Shown: positions 1-12,860 of the stretch, in pieces
Position numbering within the stretch: the first letter of the stretch is position 1
Layout: every line of letters starts with the position of its first letter
NCBI GenBank assembly: GCA_030390025.1
Contig: JASTWF010000356.1
Coordinates: 1-64,000, forward strand
Length of the DNA: 64,000 nt
DNA from: Squalus acanthias
Taxonomy: Eukaryota
Direction of reading: 5' to 3'
Translations under genes and position numbers: made by a program
The notes under the pieces: generated by a model
The model's database searches: none
Seen by the model: only the letters and a program-made list of their open reading frames with translations
Told to the model about the DNA's origin: nothing

Positions 1-300
1 CCCCGCACCGCACTGACCCAGCCCCCCCCCCCATGACCCAGTCCCACATCTCTCTGACCCAGCCCCACACCCCACTGACCAGCCCCACACCCCAGGAACC
101 TACCACCCCACCAGGCCCCACTGACCCAGGCCCACACCACACCCCCACTGATCCATCCTGATCCCGACACCCCACTGACGCTGCCCTGCGCTGACACAAC
201 AGTAACCCGTTCCAACACAGGACACTCCACTGATACAACCCTACGCCTATACGTCACTGACACAGCTCATCGACACCCCGCTGACCCAGCCCCACACCCC
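1..300. repeat. C-rich 21-bp minisatellite (ACTGACCCAGCCCCACACCCC), degenerate array edge
   Basis: Recurrent cccactgacccagccccacac units; same family as 20440-22560. Confidence 0.9.
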
Positions 301-425
301 TGGATTCGATAGAATAGACACAGTGAGATTTTCTACGTTTGGGGGAATCCAGAACAGGGGTGGGGGATCCTAAAATTAGAGCTAGTCTGTTCAGGAGTGA
401 AATCAGGAAGCACTTTCTCACAATA

Positions 426-1250
426 TAAGAACATAAGAAATAGGAGCAGGAGAAGGCCATTCGGCCCTTCGAGCCTGCTCCGCCATTCAATGAGATCATG
501 GCTGATCTTCTACCTCAACTCCATTCACCAGCCTTATCACCATATCCCTTGAGCCCTTACTAGTCAGAAATCTATCGACTTCTGTTTTGAATATACCCAA
601 TGACTGAGCCTCCACAGCCCTCTGGGGTAGAGAATTCCAAGATTCACCACCTCTGTGTGAAGAAATTTCTTCTCATCTCAGTCCTGAATGGCCTACCCTT
701 TATCCTGAGGCTGTGGCCCCTGGTTCTAGACTCCCCAACCAAGGGAAACATTCTCCCAGCATCCACCCTATCAAGCCCTGTAATAATTTTGTATGCTTCA
801 ATGAGATCCCCTCTCATTCTTCTGAATTCAAGAGAATACAGGCCTAGTTTATTCAATCTCTTCTCATACGACAATCCCGCCATCCCAGGAATCAATCTCG
901 TGAGCCTTCGTTGCACTCCCTCTATGGCAAGTATATCCTTCCTTAGGTAAGGAGACCAAAAATTGTACACAGTACTCCAGGTGTGGCCTCACCAAGGCCC
1001 CTATATAATTGGAGTAAGACTTCTTTAATCCTGTACTCAAATACTCTTGTAATGAAGGCCAGCATACCATTTGCCTTCCTAATGGCTTGCTGCACCTGCA
1101 CATTCACTTTTTGTGACTCATGTATAAGGACACCCAGGTCCCTTTGCGCATATGCATTCCCCAATCTTTCACCACTTAGGAAATACTCTGCCTTTCTGTT
1201 TTTTCTACCAAAGTGGATAAATTCACATTTATCCACGTTATAATCCACTT
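426..1250 (-). mobile_element. CR1 LINE 3' fragment (RT C-terminus plus tail), nested in a plus-strand CR1 tail (~315-420 and ~1262-1480)
   Basis: Minus ORFs with RPHLEYCVQF, QRRLTRLIPGM, RRNFFTQR; 3' tail ataagaacataagaa; flanking plus-strand pieces are contiguous CR1 sequence. Confidence 0.9.
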
Positions 1251-1609
1251 ATAATCCATCCAATAGTTGGTAGAAATATGGAATTCACTCCCCAAAAATT
1301 GTGGATTCAGTGTCTATTGATTTTTTTCATACTCTGATCGATATATTTTTATTACTTAAGGTTATCGAGCGAAATGAATCAAAGGCAGGTAGATGGGGTT
1401 GAGGTAGAGAACAGCAATAATCTCCTTAAATGGACGGGCTTGAGGGGCTGAATGTCCTCCTTCGATGTTCCTCCATTTCATCATCTGCTGAATAATAAAT
1501 TCCAGCATTTGGTGAATGTGAAGTTTAACCGGAGTTTGAGGAACAATGATTCAGCACTGGAGGTTTTGAACGGCCCCCTTTAAACGGATGTGATTGGCTG
1601 TTTTTATTT

Positions 1610-1700
1610 AAATGAGAAGTCGCACAACACCAGGTTATATCCAACAGTTTTATTTGAAATTACGAGCTTTCGTGGAGCTCTGCTCCTTCTTCAGGTACAG
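1610..1700 (-). mobile_element. Penelope-like element terminal fragment with a minimal hammerhead ribozyme motif (1661-1697)
   Basis: Minus strand TAC-CTGAAGA-aGGAGCagaGCTCCac-GAAAG-CTC-GTA: catalytic core, helix II hairpin, short helix I. Confidence 0.65.
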
Positions 1701-1859
1701 TGAGGAATACAAATATTTAAGGCTGGTTCCATCTGTAGTAACAGAACTCCAGGGGGTAAAGATAAGATAATCGGGTGCGAGAGAATCGAGGGTAAACCTT
1801 GTAAAATATAATTACTAAAAACACCCCACCCACCCATAGAATAATATTCTTGTTGTTCA

Positions 1860-2250
1860 GACGATAAACAGTGAGTCAGGTTAAAACAACGCGCTCTCTG
1901 GCGCCGTTTCGGAGTCTCCGCCTCTGCCGGGCGTGTCCCAGCAGCTCCCCCGCACCCACCTGGCGGGACAGGACAAACTTGCACAGAAGCTTGCTGTGTT
2001 GTGTGTGAGCGGCACCAGTGCGTCCGTCTAACTCGATCTGCTTTTTAAACCATGCCAATGCACAAACCAGCCTGGCTGCCCCGTCCATTTCATTTGTGCT
2101 GTTTTAACGATCCCTACTGCGCGATGCTCTGGCCTGTGACCAGTTTGACTACGTTAATTTTCTGGATTAATCCGGTGCTGGGGGATAGTTTTACAGTCAG
2201 GGTAATCGTTCCTGACATTTCCGGCGTCACTTATGAACACGTTTTTGCAG
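1860..2250 (-). promoter_or_regulatory. Small CpG-rich island with possible TATA-like box and first-exon splice donor
   Basis: Locally CpG-rich; minus-strand TTTAAAAAG near 2045 followed about 85 nt later by CAG|GTGGGT near 1960. Confidence 0.3.
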
Positions 2251-2387
2251 CGTTAAGTTTAACACAGGCAGTGTCAGTAAAAGCAACTCCATAAACCTGC
2301 TTCTTATAGAGTCACCACAGAGTTAAAACTTCTCTCATACTGACGGGGGCTTTGAGTGATTTATTTATACACAGTCCTGGGCCGAGC

Positions 2388-3310
2388 TCCCGCCAGGTGA
2401 ACATGGGGATTCACAGTGTACCAGAATCCTGCCAGGTGTTTATGGTGTCTCACAGTGTATCAGGATCCTGCCCGGTGTGTATGGGGTTTCACAGTGTATC
2501 AGGATCCTGCCAGGTGTGTATGGGGTTTCACAGTGTATCAGGATCCTGTCAGGTGTATATGGTGTTTCACCGTGTATCAGTATCCTGCCAGGTGTGTCTG
2601 GGGAATCACAGTGTATCAGCATCCTGCCAGGTGTGTATGGGGTTTCACAGTGTATCAGGATCCTGCAAGGTGTGTATGGGGTTTCACAGTGTACCAGGAT
2701 CCTGCCAGGTTTTGTATGGTGTTTCACAGTGTATCAGGATCCTGCCAGGTGTGTATGGGGTTTCACAGTGTATCAGGATCCTGCCAGGTGTATATGGTGT
2801 TTCACAGTGTATCAGGATCCAGTCAGGTGTGTATGAGGTTTCACAGTGTATCAGGATCCTGCCAGGCGTGTATGGGGTTTCACAGTCTATCAGGATTCGG
2901 TCAGGTGTGTATGAGGTTTCACAGTGTATCAGGATCCTGCCAGGTGTGTATGGGTTTTCACAGTGTATCATGAGCCTGCCAGGTGTGTATGGGGTTTAAC
3001 AGTGTTCCGGATCCTGCCAGAAGTGTATGGGTTTCACAGTGTATCAGGATCCTGTCAGGTGTATATGGGATTTCACAGTGTATCAGGATCCTGCCAAGTG
3101 TATATGGGATTTCACAGTGTAACAGGAACCTGCCAGGTGTGTATGGGGTTTCACAGTCTATCAGGATCCTGCCAGGTGTGTATGGGGTTTAACAGTGTAT
3201 TAGGATTCTGCCAGGTGTGTATTGGTTCTCACAGTGTATCAGGATCCTGCCAGGTGAGTATATGGCTTCACTGTATATTTGGATTCTGCCAGGGTGTGTT
3301 TGGGGTTTCG
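2388..3310. repeat. 39-bp satellite array 1 (CACAGTGTATCAGGATCCTGCCAGGTGTGTATGGGGTTT)
   Basis: Direct tandem units; 13-aa periodicity in all frames. Confidence 0.97.
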
Positions 3311-6300
3311 CAATTGCAACCGTTCAGATTCTCTCACACACTACTTGTCAACACAATCCTTATTGTTGTGGTAGAATCTATTTTGATTGGAAATATGGAA
3401 CGAGTGATCATTGATGAATTAAATGATCCTTCACTCGGTTTTACACAGTCTGGTGGTATTGCATTATTTTTAATTACAGTTTTGTGTTGAATATTTAAGA
3501 TTTTGAGTTTTATTTTATGTTCTGGAATTTTATCAATATGATATTTATCCGCATATACAATATATAGCTGGGTGTGATCCCTCTGATCTCTATGGGCTGT
3601 GACATGTTCGTGTGTTCGCGGAGATGTGTCCTGGTTGGTGCTACTATTTCAATATATTGACCATATCTCTCATGGTGTCAGCACCTGACTAAGGAGCACT
3701 GTAGGAGGTGAGGACATTTCCCGTTGTTCCACTAATATTAACTCTAATGCAAAATGTTACGATTCATGTAACTTTATACAGTGAGGTGATACAGAGCATT
3801 TATGTTTGGAATCTTTCGGGGTCTGACTGAGCTGGACTGTGTGTTCGGACTGAACTGTGGGCCCCGCCGTTGTCAGTTAATTAAATAGTATTGGGCACCA
3901 AACGGTTCAGTGAGTGAAAACACCGCGCGTTATTGTAAAAAAATAAAAGCATACGGAATGAGAAAGTATCACATTCGCACCCCTGTCTGACTGAACTGTA
4001 AATTATACAATAGGGAGGAGGCGCCGCCGGTCCAGAATAAGGTAAATCCCCAGAGTTCGTGTTCCAGCTTTCTGTCCCGCAACCGCTTTAAACTGTGTCT
4101 GTGGGGAGACTGGTGGAGACCAGGAGTGGGATTAACCCTGAAATCCCCGGTGTAAAATGGACTGTCGTCAGTCACAGTCTGAGCCCACACTCACAGAATA
4201 GCCGCAACCCACGCGAGAGACCTTATTATACCGCGGGAAATAGGCTTTAGAGAGGAAGAGTAAAGTAAAAAATGGAAGAATAAAACACAGAAATGAAGCT
4301 TAAAAGCTACATTAACCTTACCTTGATCCCGCAAGGATTTTCTGCCTCTATTTCCGTGTAGATTTTGCGAGTTACATCCTTGTTATTTCACTAGAACCGA
4401 TCCTGAAGAAGTTCCTTGTCTGATTTTAGCAAGTCACAAATTGTGAATTTGATCTGCTCCCTGTTCTGTGAGACTCAGACTCCGCCCTCTGTGTGAAAGC
4501 TGCTGCCCGCCCTCAGGGTGGATTTCAACTCAAACATTCTTCATTTGCTTCAGAACAGGGAGCGGCCTTTCTGTCCAAATCAAATCCAACCGGTTTGACA
4601 ATTCGCTGCCACGTCACCTTTAAACAAAGTTTAGTTATAAAATTTACTTCATCTCTTGTTGCAGGGAAGTTCAGTAAAACAGAAATTTGCTAAAAGTGCC
4701 GGGCCCAGCCACCTGTTAATATAATGAATAATTACATTTAATATAAAGATCATTAATTGGTTTCCTCCTGTCTGTGTGAAAGGTGAATTCAGCCTGAAAC
4801 CGATTTCCGTCTAAAACATTCTTAAACCTTGTTTCTCTCTAAAGGGATCAGTCTGTCTGGTTTTTGGCCAGTTTGACACTAACCGTCTCATTAACGTGAA
4901 TTTATTTCAGCACAAACACAAGTCCCTGCTGCATTCTCTCACCTAATTCACATGCGTTCCTGACTGAATTAAACAGTGATTTTCTCGGTTATGCAGCATT
5001 TCATTATTACAATTAATTGGGGACAAGTTTATTATCTCCGAAGTTGCTCCGATCGAGTGACGGGATCGTCTTCAGCCCGGCCTCAAGTAACCAGAGGCTG
5101 ATTTTCCAGATGTTCGGCACAGAGCGATAATCGACCAGGGCGAATGTGTTAACCCTTTACTGAGCTGAACAGTGTGTTGGGTCTGTACTGCTCGGATCCC
5201 GCCTTTAATCCAGTTAAATAATCTGTGCTGGTCACCAAACGGTTGCAGTGAGTAAAAGTCCCGCAACTGAGTTCCAAGGGGGACCAGGTTCCCAGTCTCG
5301 GTTTACTGCTGAACTGGCAAATTCTATCCTGGGAAGGGCGGCCCGCCGCTGGACATTGGATGGGTTGAAGCCCCCAGAGTCCCGTTCATCTTTCTGTCCC
5401 GCAACCGCTTTAACTGTTACTGTGGGAGGACTGGTGGAGATCAGGATGTCTTTCGCCCTGAAATCCCCGGTATAAAATGGACTGTCCTCAGGTCACAGTC
5501 CTGGAGCCCCCACACTCACAGAATATCCCCAACACCAAGGCTGGAGAGCAATATCAGACCCGCGGGAAATAGGCTTTAGAGAGGAAGAGTAAAGGGGAGA
5601 AATGGAATAAAACACAGAAATGAAGCTTAAAAGGCATATGAAACTTACCTTGATCCCGCAAGAATATTCTGTCTCTATTTCCGTGTAGATTTTGCGAGTG
5701 AAATCCTTGTTATTTCACTACAACCAATCAGGTAGAAGTTCCTTGTTTGATTTGAGCAAGTCACAATTGTGAATTTGATCTGTTCCTTGTTCTGTGAGAC
5801 TCAGGCTCCGCCCTCTGTGTGGAAAGCTGCATCACGCCCTCAGGGTGGATTTCAACTCAATAATTCCTCACTTGCTTCAGAACAGGGAGCGGCCCGTACA
5901 ACCAAATCAAATCCAAGCGGTTTGACAATTCGCTGCGGCTTCACCTGTGAACAAAGTTAGTTATAAAATGTTATCCCTTCTTGTTCCTGGGAAGTTCAGT
6001 AAAACCGATACATGGTCAGAAATAAATTGTTACATTTCCATCTTGTGGACATTGTTTGCTAAAAGTCTAATCGATTTGCTGATCTTTGGTCTTTGAGCCC
6101 AGGTTCCCAGAGCCAGTATCTTGTCAGTGAGCTGAGGGAGGCTGTTTCTGTCCGTGAGGTCATCAACCATTAACCGCCGAATTAAATTATCCTGAATATC
6201 AATCGTCTCAGCTACTGGGAGAAATGAGTACTGACTTTCCACAGTTACATTTATCATTGTGAATCTGCAGCAGATACACCCGTACATTGTTAGACACAGA

Positions 6301-6592
6301 AAGGACCATTCCTGTGCTTAGTCGGTATCAAGGTTGGATTCTCGAATTTTCAGGGTGGTTCTCAGACAGTAAAAAATAGTCCCACCCCGGGATGGAAGTG
6401 TTTGAAGAGAGAAACTGTTTGAGGAGACATAGTGCTGATAATTCCGAGGGGAGGATTGCGATATTTTTTTCTCTCTCTCATATCTGCTCTGTTTTTTAAC
6501 CAGGATTAAGGATTCACTCCGGCCGGTCGCACAGCCTGAAGAGGCAGACCCAATCATACCCAATATTTGTCTTCCTATGAAACACCCCGCCA
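3310..6592. repeat. Segmental duplication unit, copy 1, with two internal paralogous modules (~3830-4720, ~5160-6010)
   Basis: Colinear high similarity to 8500-12660. Confidence 0.92.
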
Positions 6593-8500
6593 CACAGTCA
6601 GGATTCTGCCAGGTGTGTTTGGGGTTCCACAGGGTATCCAGGATCCCTGCCAGTTGTGTATGGGGTTTCACAGTGTATCAGGATCCTGCCAGGTGTGTAT
6701 GGGGTGTCACACTGTTATAAGTATCCTGCCAGGTGTTTATGGGGTTTCCACAGATTATCAGGATCCTGCCAGGTGTGTATGGGGTTAAGCAGTGTATTAG
6801 GATCTGCCAGGTGTGTAATGGGGTTTGTTTCACAGTTTATCAGGATCCTGCAAGGTGTGTATGGGGTTACACAGTGTATCAGGATCCTAGCCAGCTGTAT
6901 ATGGGGTTTCACCGTGTATCAGGATCTGCCAATGTGTATGGGTTTCACAGTGTATCAGGGTCCTGCCTGGTGTGTATGGGGTTTCACAGTGTATCAGGAT
7001 CCTGCCAGGTGTGTATGGGGGATCACAGTGTATCAGGATCCTGCCAGGTGTGTATGGCGTTTCTCTGTATCAGGATCCAGCCAGGTGTGTATGGGGTTTC
7101 ACAGTGTGTCAGGATCCTGCCAGGACTGTATGGGCATTCACAGTGTATCCGGATCCTGCCAGGTGTGTATGGGTTTCAGTGTATCAGGATCCTGCCAGGT
7201 GTGTATGGGGTTTCACAGAGTATCAGGATCCTGCCAGTTGTGTATGGGGTTTCACAGTTTATCAGGAACCTGCCAGGTGTGTCTCGGGTTTCACAGTGTA
7301 TCAGGATCCTGCCAGGTGTGTATGGGGTTTCACAGTGTATCAGGATCCTGCCAGGTGTGTATGGGGTGTCACAGTGTATCAGGGACCTGCCAGGTGTGTA
7401 TGGGGTATCACAGTTTATCAGGATCATGCCAGGTGTGTATGGGGTGTCACAGTGTATCAGGATCCTGACAGGTTTGTATTGGGTTTCACAGTGTATCAGG
7501 ATCCTGCCAGGTGTGTATGGGGTTTCACAGTGTATCAGGTTCCTGCCAGGTGTGTATGGGGTATCACACTGTATAAGTATCCTGCCAGGTGTGTATGAGG
7601 TTTCACAGTTTATCCGAAACTGCCAGATGTGTATGGGTTTTCACAGTGTATCCGGATCCTGCAAGCTGTTTATGGGGTTTCACAGTGGATCAGGATCCTG
7701 CCAAGTGTGTATGGGTTTTCACAGTGTATCAGGATCCTCCCAGGTGTGTATGGGGATTCAAAGTGTATCCCGATCCTGCCAGGTGTGTATGGGGTTACAC
7801 AGTGAATCAGGATCCTGCCAGGTGTGTATGGGGTTTCACAGTGTATCTGGATCCTGCAAACTGTGTATGGGGTTTCACAGTGTATCAGGATCCTTCCAGG
7901 TGTGTATGGGGTTTCACAGTGTATCAGGATCCTCCCAGGTGTGTATGGGGATTCACATTGTATCCCGATCCTGCCAGGTGTGTTATGGGGTTACACCTGT
8001 GTATCATGAACCTGCCAGGTGTGTATGGGGTTTCACAGTGTATCCGTATACTGCAAGATGTGTATGGGGTTTCACAGTGTATCAGGATCCTGCCAGGTGT
8101 GTACGGGGCTTCAGTGTATCAGGATCCTGCCAGGCGTGTCTGGGGTTTCACAGTGTATCAGGATCATGCCAGGTGTGTATGGGGTTTCACTGTGTATCAG
8201 GATCCTGCCAGCTGTGTGTGGGGTTTCACATTGTATCTGGATCCTGCCAGGTGTGTATGGGGTTTCACAGTGTATCGGGATCCTGCCAGGGGAGTATGGG
8301 GTTTTACAGTGTATCTGGATCCTGCCAGTTGTTTATTGGTTCTCACAATGTATCAGGATCCTGCCAGGTGTGTATGGGGTTTTACAGTGTATCTGGATCC
8401 TGCCAGGTGTTTATTAGTTCTCACGAGGTATCAGGATTCGGCCAGGTGTGCATATGGATTCACTTTATATCAGGATTCTACCAGCTGTGTTTGGGGTTTC
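6593..8500. repeat. 39-bp satellite array 2
   Basis: Same unit as array 1. Confidence 0.97.
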
Positions 8501-11500
8501 GCAATTGCAACAGTTCTTCTTATTTTCCCTCGCACCACTTAGCAATCTATTCTTATTGCTGTGGTAGAGTCTATTCTGTTTTGAAATATGGAATTGAGTG
8601 ATCATTGTTGAATTAAATGATCCTTCACTTAGTTTTTACACAGTCTGGTAGAATTTCATTATTTTCAATCACAGATTTGTGTTGAATATTTTAGAATTTG
8701 AGTTTTATTTTATATTCTGGTATTTTATCAATATGCTATTTAACCGCATGTACAATATATAGCTGGGTGTGATCCCTCTGGTCTCTATGGGCTGTGACAA
8801 TTTTCGTGTGTTCGTGGAGATATATCCTGTTTGATGCTTCTATTTGAATATATTGACCATATCTGTCATGGTGTCAGCACCTGACAAAGGAGCACTGTAG
8901 GCGGTGAGGACATTTCCCGTTGTTCCACTAATATTAACACTAATGCAAAATGTTATGAACAAGTAACTTTATACATTGAGGTGATACACAGCGTTTATGT
9001 TTGGAATATTTCGGGGTCTGACTGAGCTGGACTGTGTGTTCGGTCTGAAGTGTGGGCCACGCCGTTGTCAGTTAAATTAAATAATATTCGGCACCAAGCG
9101 GTTCAGTGAGTGAAAACACCGCGCGTTATTGTAAAAAAAAAGCATACGGAGTGAGAAAGGATCACATTCGCAATCGTGTCTCACTGGACTTTAAATTCTA
9201 CAATAGGGAGGAGGCGCCGCCGGTCCAGAATAATGTAAATCCCCAGAGTTCGTGTTCTGCTTTCTGTCCTGGAAGCGCTTTAAGTGTGTCTGTGGGGAGA
9301 CTGGGGGAGACCAGGGGGTAGAAATTAGGTCGCGCCCCATTTGGGGCGCAAATATCGTCCGGACGCAAATATTAGCGCCTGGCGCTAATTATCGGCACTG
9401 ACAGGAAACTTCACTTTTACCGCCCCGGGAGGTGAGTAGAGCGCTAAAGCAGGCGCTGCACACCTCTCTTAAGGCGCAAAGGCCAAGGAGTGAGGCGCTA
9501 ACTCGGAGCGCTGGCGAAGCTGATGTAATGTCAGTCAGCAATGGAACACACACACAATGGCACGGGCCAGTTCTTAAAGGGGATGTTAATCTTGCTTTCC
9601 ATCCACATCCTGTTCATTGCTGCCTTGAATCTCGGCCTGGAGAGACTTGCACATCAAATGTGCTGGAAAGAACAATGGAGAGTACCAGGCAAGGAGCTCA
9701 GAGTGCAGCTCCCACATTCTCTGCTAAATCGATACAAGGAATGGCAAATCAAAATGAACCTGCAAAGTGCTGCTCAGTACCCAAAACTCCTTCACACAAC
9801 GTTGAATCTCTCCAGAAGTCTCTCCCTCTCTCTCTCAGAATGCGTAGTTCAAAAATGCCACCAACAATAAAAGACCGAAGAGGCCCCCTTTAAATAGCGC
9901 CCCCCCCAGCCCCACAGCGATTGATAGCGTTCCAGTCTTCTGGTCGTTGGAAGCGCCAGGCGGTAAGGCAGGGGGCGCCACTCAATTTCTGCTACGGGGC
10001 GCCCAAGGCGTTGCACCATGGAATGATATCACAATCTGCACGCGCAGGTGGTCGCAGCGGTAAGTTTTAGCGCCGTGGCACAATCTCAAGTTAAGTTCTC
10101 GAGCGGCGCAAACATCGCTGCGCACGGGCGTTAGCGGCTTTGCGCCCCATTAGCGCCCTCTTAAGGTGCTAACGGGAGGCGCAACCAAGTGAATTTTTAC
10201 CCCCAGGAGTGGATTAACCCTGAAATCACCGGTGTAAAATGGACTATCCTCAGTCACAGTCTGAGCCCACACTCACAGAATAGCCGCAACAGCGAGGCTG
10301 GAGAGAAAATCAGAACCGCGGGAAATAGGCTTTAGAGAGGAAGAGTAAATTAAAAATGGAATAAAACACAGAAATGAAGCTTAGTAGCTACATTAACCTT
10401 ACCTCGATCGCGCAAGGATTTTCTGTCTCTGTATTTCCGTGTTGATTTTGCGAGTTACATCCTTGTTATTTCATTGGAACCTTTCAGGCAGATGTTCCTT
10501 GTCTGATTTTAGCAAGGTCACAAATTGTGAATTTGATCTGATCCTTGTTCTGTGAGACTCAGAGCTCCGCCCTCTGTGTGAAAGCTGCTGCCCGACCTCA
10601 GGATGGATTTCAACTCAAACATTCCTCATTTGCTTCAGAACAGGGGGCGGCCTTTCTGGCCAAATCAAATCCAAGCGGTTTGACAATTCGCTGCCACCTC
10701 ACCTGTAAACAAAGTTAGTTATAAAATTTTCTTCATCTCTTGTTCCAGGGAAGTTCAGTAAAACAGAAATTTGCTAAAAGTGCCGGGGCCCTGCCACCTG
10801 TTAATAATTTGAATAATTACATTTAATATAAAGATCATTAATTGGTTTCCTCCTGTCTGTGTGAAAGGTGAATTCAGCCTGAAACCGATTTCCGTCTAAA
10901 ACATTCTTAAACCTTGTTTCTCTCTAAAGGGATCAGTCTGTCTGATTTTTTGGCCAGTTTGACACAAACCGTCTCATTAACGTGAATTTATTTCAGCATA
11001 AACACAAGTCCCTGCTGCATTCTCTCACCTAATTAACATGCGTTCCTGACTGAGTGAAACAGTGATTTCTCGGATATGCAGCATTTCATTATTACAATTA
11101 ATTGGGGACAACTTTATTCTCCGAAGTTGCTCCGATCGAGTGACGGAATCATATTCAGTCCGGCCTCAGGTAACCAAAGGCTGATTTTCCAGGTGCTCGG
11201 CACAGAGCGATAATCGGACAGTGCGAATGTGTTAACCCTTTACTGAGCTGAACTGTGTGTTGGGTCTGAACTGCTGGTCCCGCCTTTAATCAGTTAAATA
11301 AAACTATGCTGGACACCAAACGGTTCAGTGAGTAAAAGCCCGCACTGAGTTCCAAGGACCAGGATCCCAGCCCTGTTTACTGAACTGCAAATTCTAACAT
11401 GGGAAGGAGGCGCCGCTGGACTTGGCTGGGTTAAATCCTCAGAGTTCGTGTTCCAGCTTTCTGTCCCGCAATCGCTTTAAGCTGTGTCTGTGGGGAGACT

Positions 11501-12660
11501 GTTGGAGATCAGGAGTGGGATTAACCCTGAAATCCCCGGTGTAAAATGGACTGTCCACAGTCACAGTCTGAGCCCACACTCACAGAATAGCCGTGTCCCC
11601 GGTGCTGGAGAGCAAATCAGACCGCGGGAAATAAGATTTAGAGAGGAAGAGTAAAGGGGAAAATGGAAGAATAAAACACAGAAATGAAACTTAAAAGGTA
11701 AAGTAACCTTACCTTGATCCCGCAAGAATATTCTGACTCTATTTCCGTGCAGATTGTGAGAGTTATATCCTTATTATTTCACTGCAACCAATCAGGTAGA
11801 AGTTCTTTGATTGTTTTTATCTAGTCACAAATTGTGAATTTGATCTGATCCTTGTTCTGTGAGACTCAGAGCTCCGCCCTCTGTGTGAAAGCTGCAGCTC
11901 GCCCTCAGGGTGGATTTCAACTCAAACATTCCTCACTTGCTTCAGAACAGGGAGCGGCCCGTATAACCAAATCAAATCCAAGCGGTTTGACAATTCGCTG
12001 CCACCTCACCTATGAACAAAGTTAGTTATAAAATGTAATCGCTTCTTGTTCCTGGGAAGCTCAGTAAAACAGACACATGGTTAGAAATAAATTGATATAT
12101 TTCCATCTGTGGCCATTGTTTGCTAAAAGTCTAATCGATTTGCTGATGTTTGGGTTTGAGCCCAGGTTCCCAGAGCAAGTTTCTAGTCAGCGAGCTGAGG
12201 GGAGGCTGTTTCTGTCCGTGAGGACATCAACCATTTAACCGCCGAATTAAATTATCCCCGAGCATCAATCGCCTCAGCTACTGGGAGAATGAGTACTGAC
12301 TTTCCACAGTTACATTTATCATTGTGAATCTGCAGCAGATACACTCGTTACATTGTTAGACACAGAAAGGACCATTCCTGTGCTGTAGTCGGTATCAAGG
12401 TTGGATTCTCCTAATTTTCAGGGTGTTTCTCAGACAGTAAAAAATAGTCCCACCCCGGGATGAAGTGTCTGAAGAGAGAAACTGTTTGAGGACACATTGC
12501 GCTGATAATTCCGAGGGGAGGATTGTGATATTTTTTTCTCTCTCTCATATCTGCTCTGTTTTTTAACCAGGATTAAGGATTCACTCCGGCCGGTCGCACA
12601 GCCTGAAGAGGCAGACCCAATCATACCCAATATTTGTCTTCCTATGAACACCCCCGCCAT
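8500..12660. repeat. Segmental duplication unit, copy 2 (carries a MITE absent from copy 1)
   Basis: Colinear with 3310-6592 apart from the 9315-10203 insertion. Confidence 0.92.
9315..10203 (+). mobile_element. Non-autonomous PIF/Harbinger-type DNA transposon (MITE family 1)
   Basis: TIRs GGGGTAGAAATT...AATTTTTACCCC; 3-bp TSD CAG (9312-9314, 10204-10206); empty site ggagacCAGgagtgg present in the paralogue near 4120. Confidence 0.88.
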
Positions 12661-12860
12661 ATATCTTCCATTTATTGCGAATTAATATCTATCGTTAATT
12701 AAGCTGAAAGCTTTACATTATAACGAAACATTCATACGAAAAAGTCTGTCTCAGTAAATTCACTGTTAAATGAACAGTGCGGGGAATTGCGGTATTAAAA
12801 ATGATAGAAGAACCAAAAGTGCAGATACAGAGAGTGATTTCCCCTGGTGGGAGATTCCAG

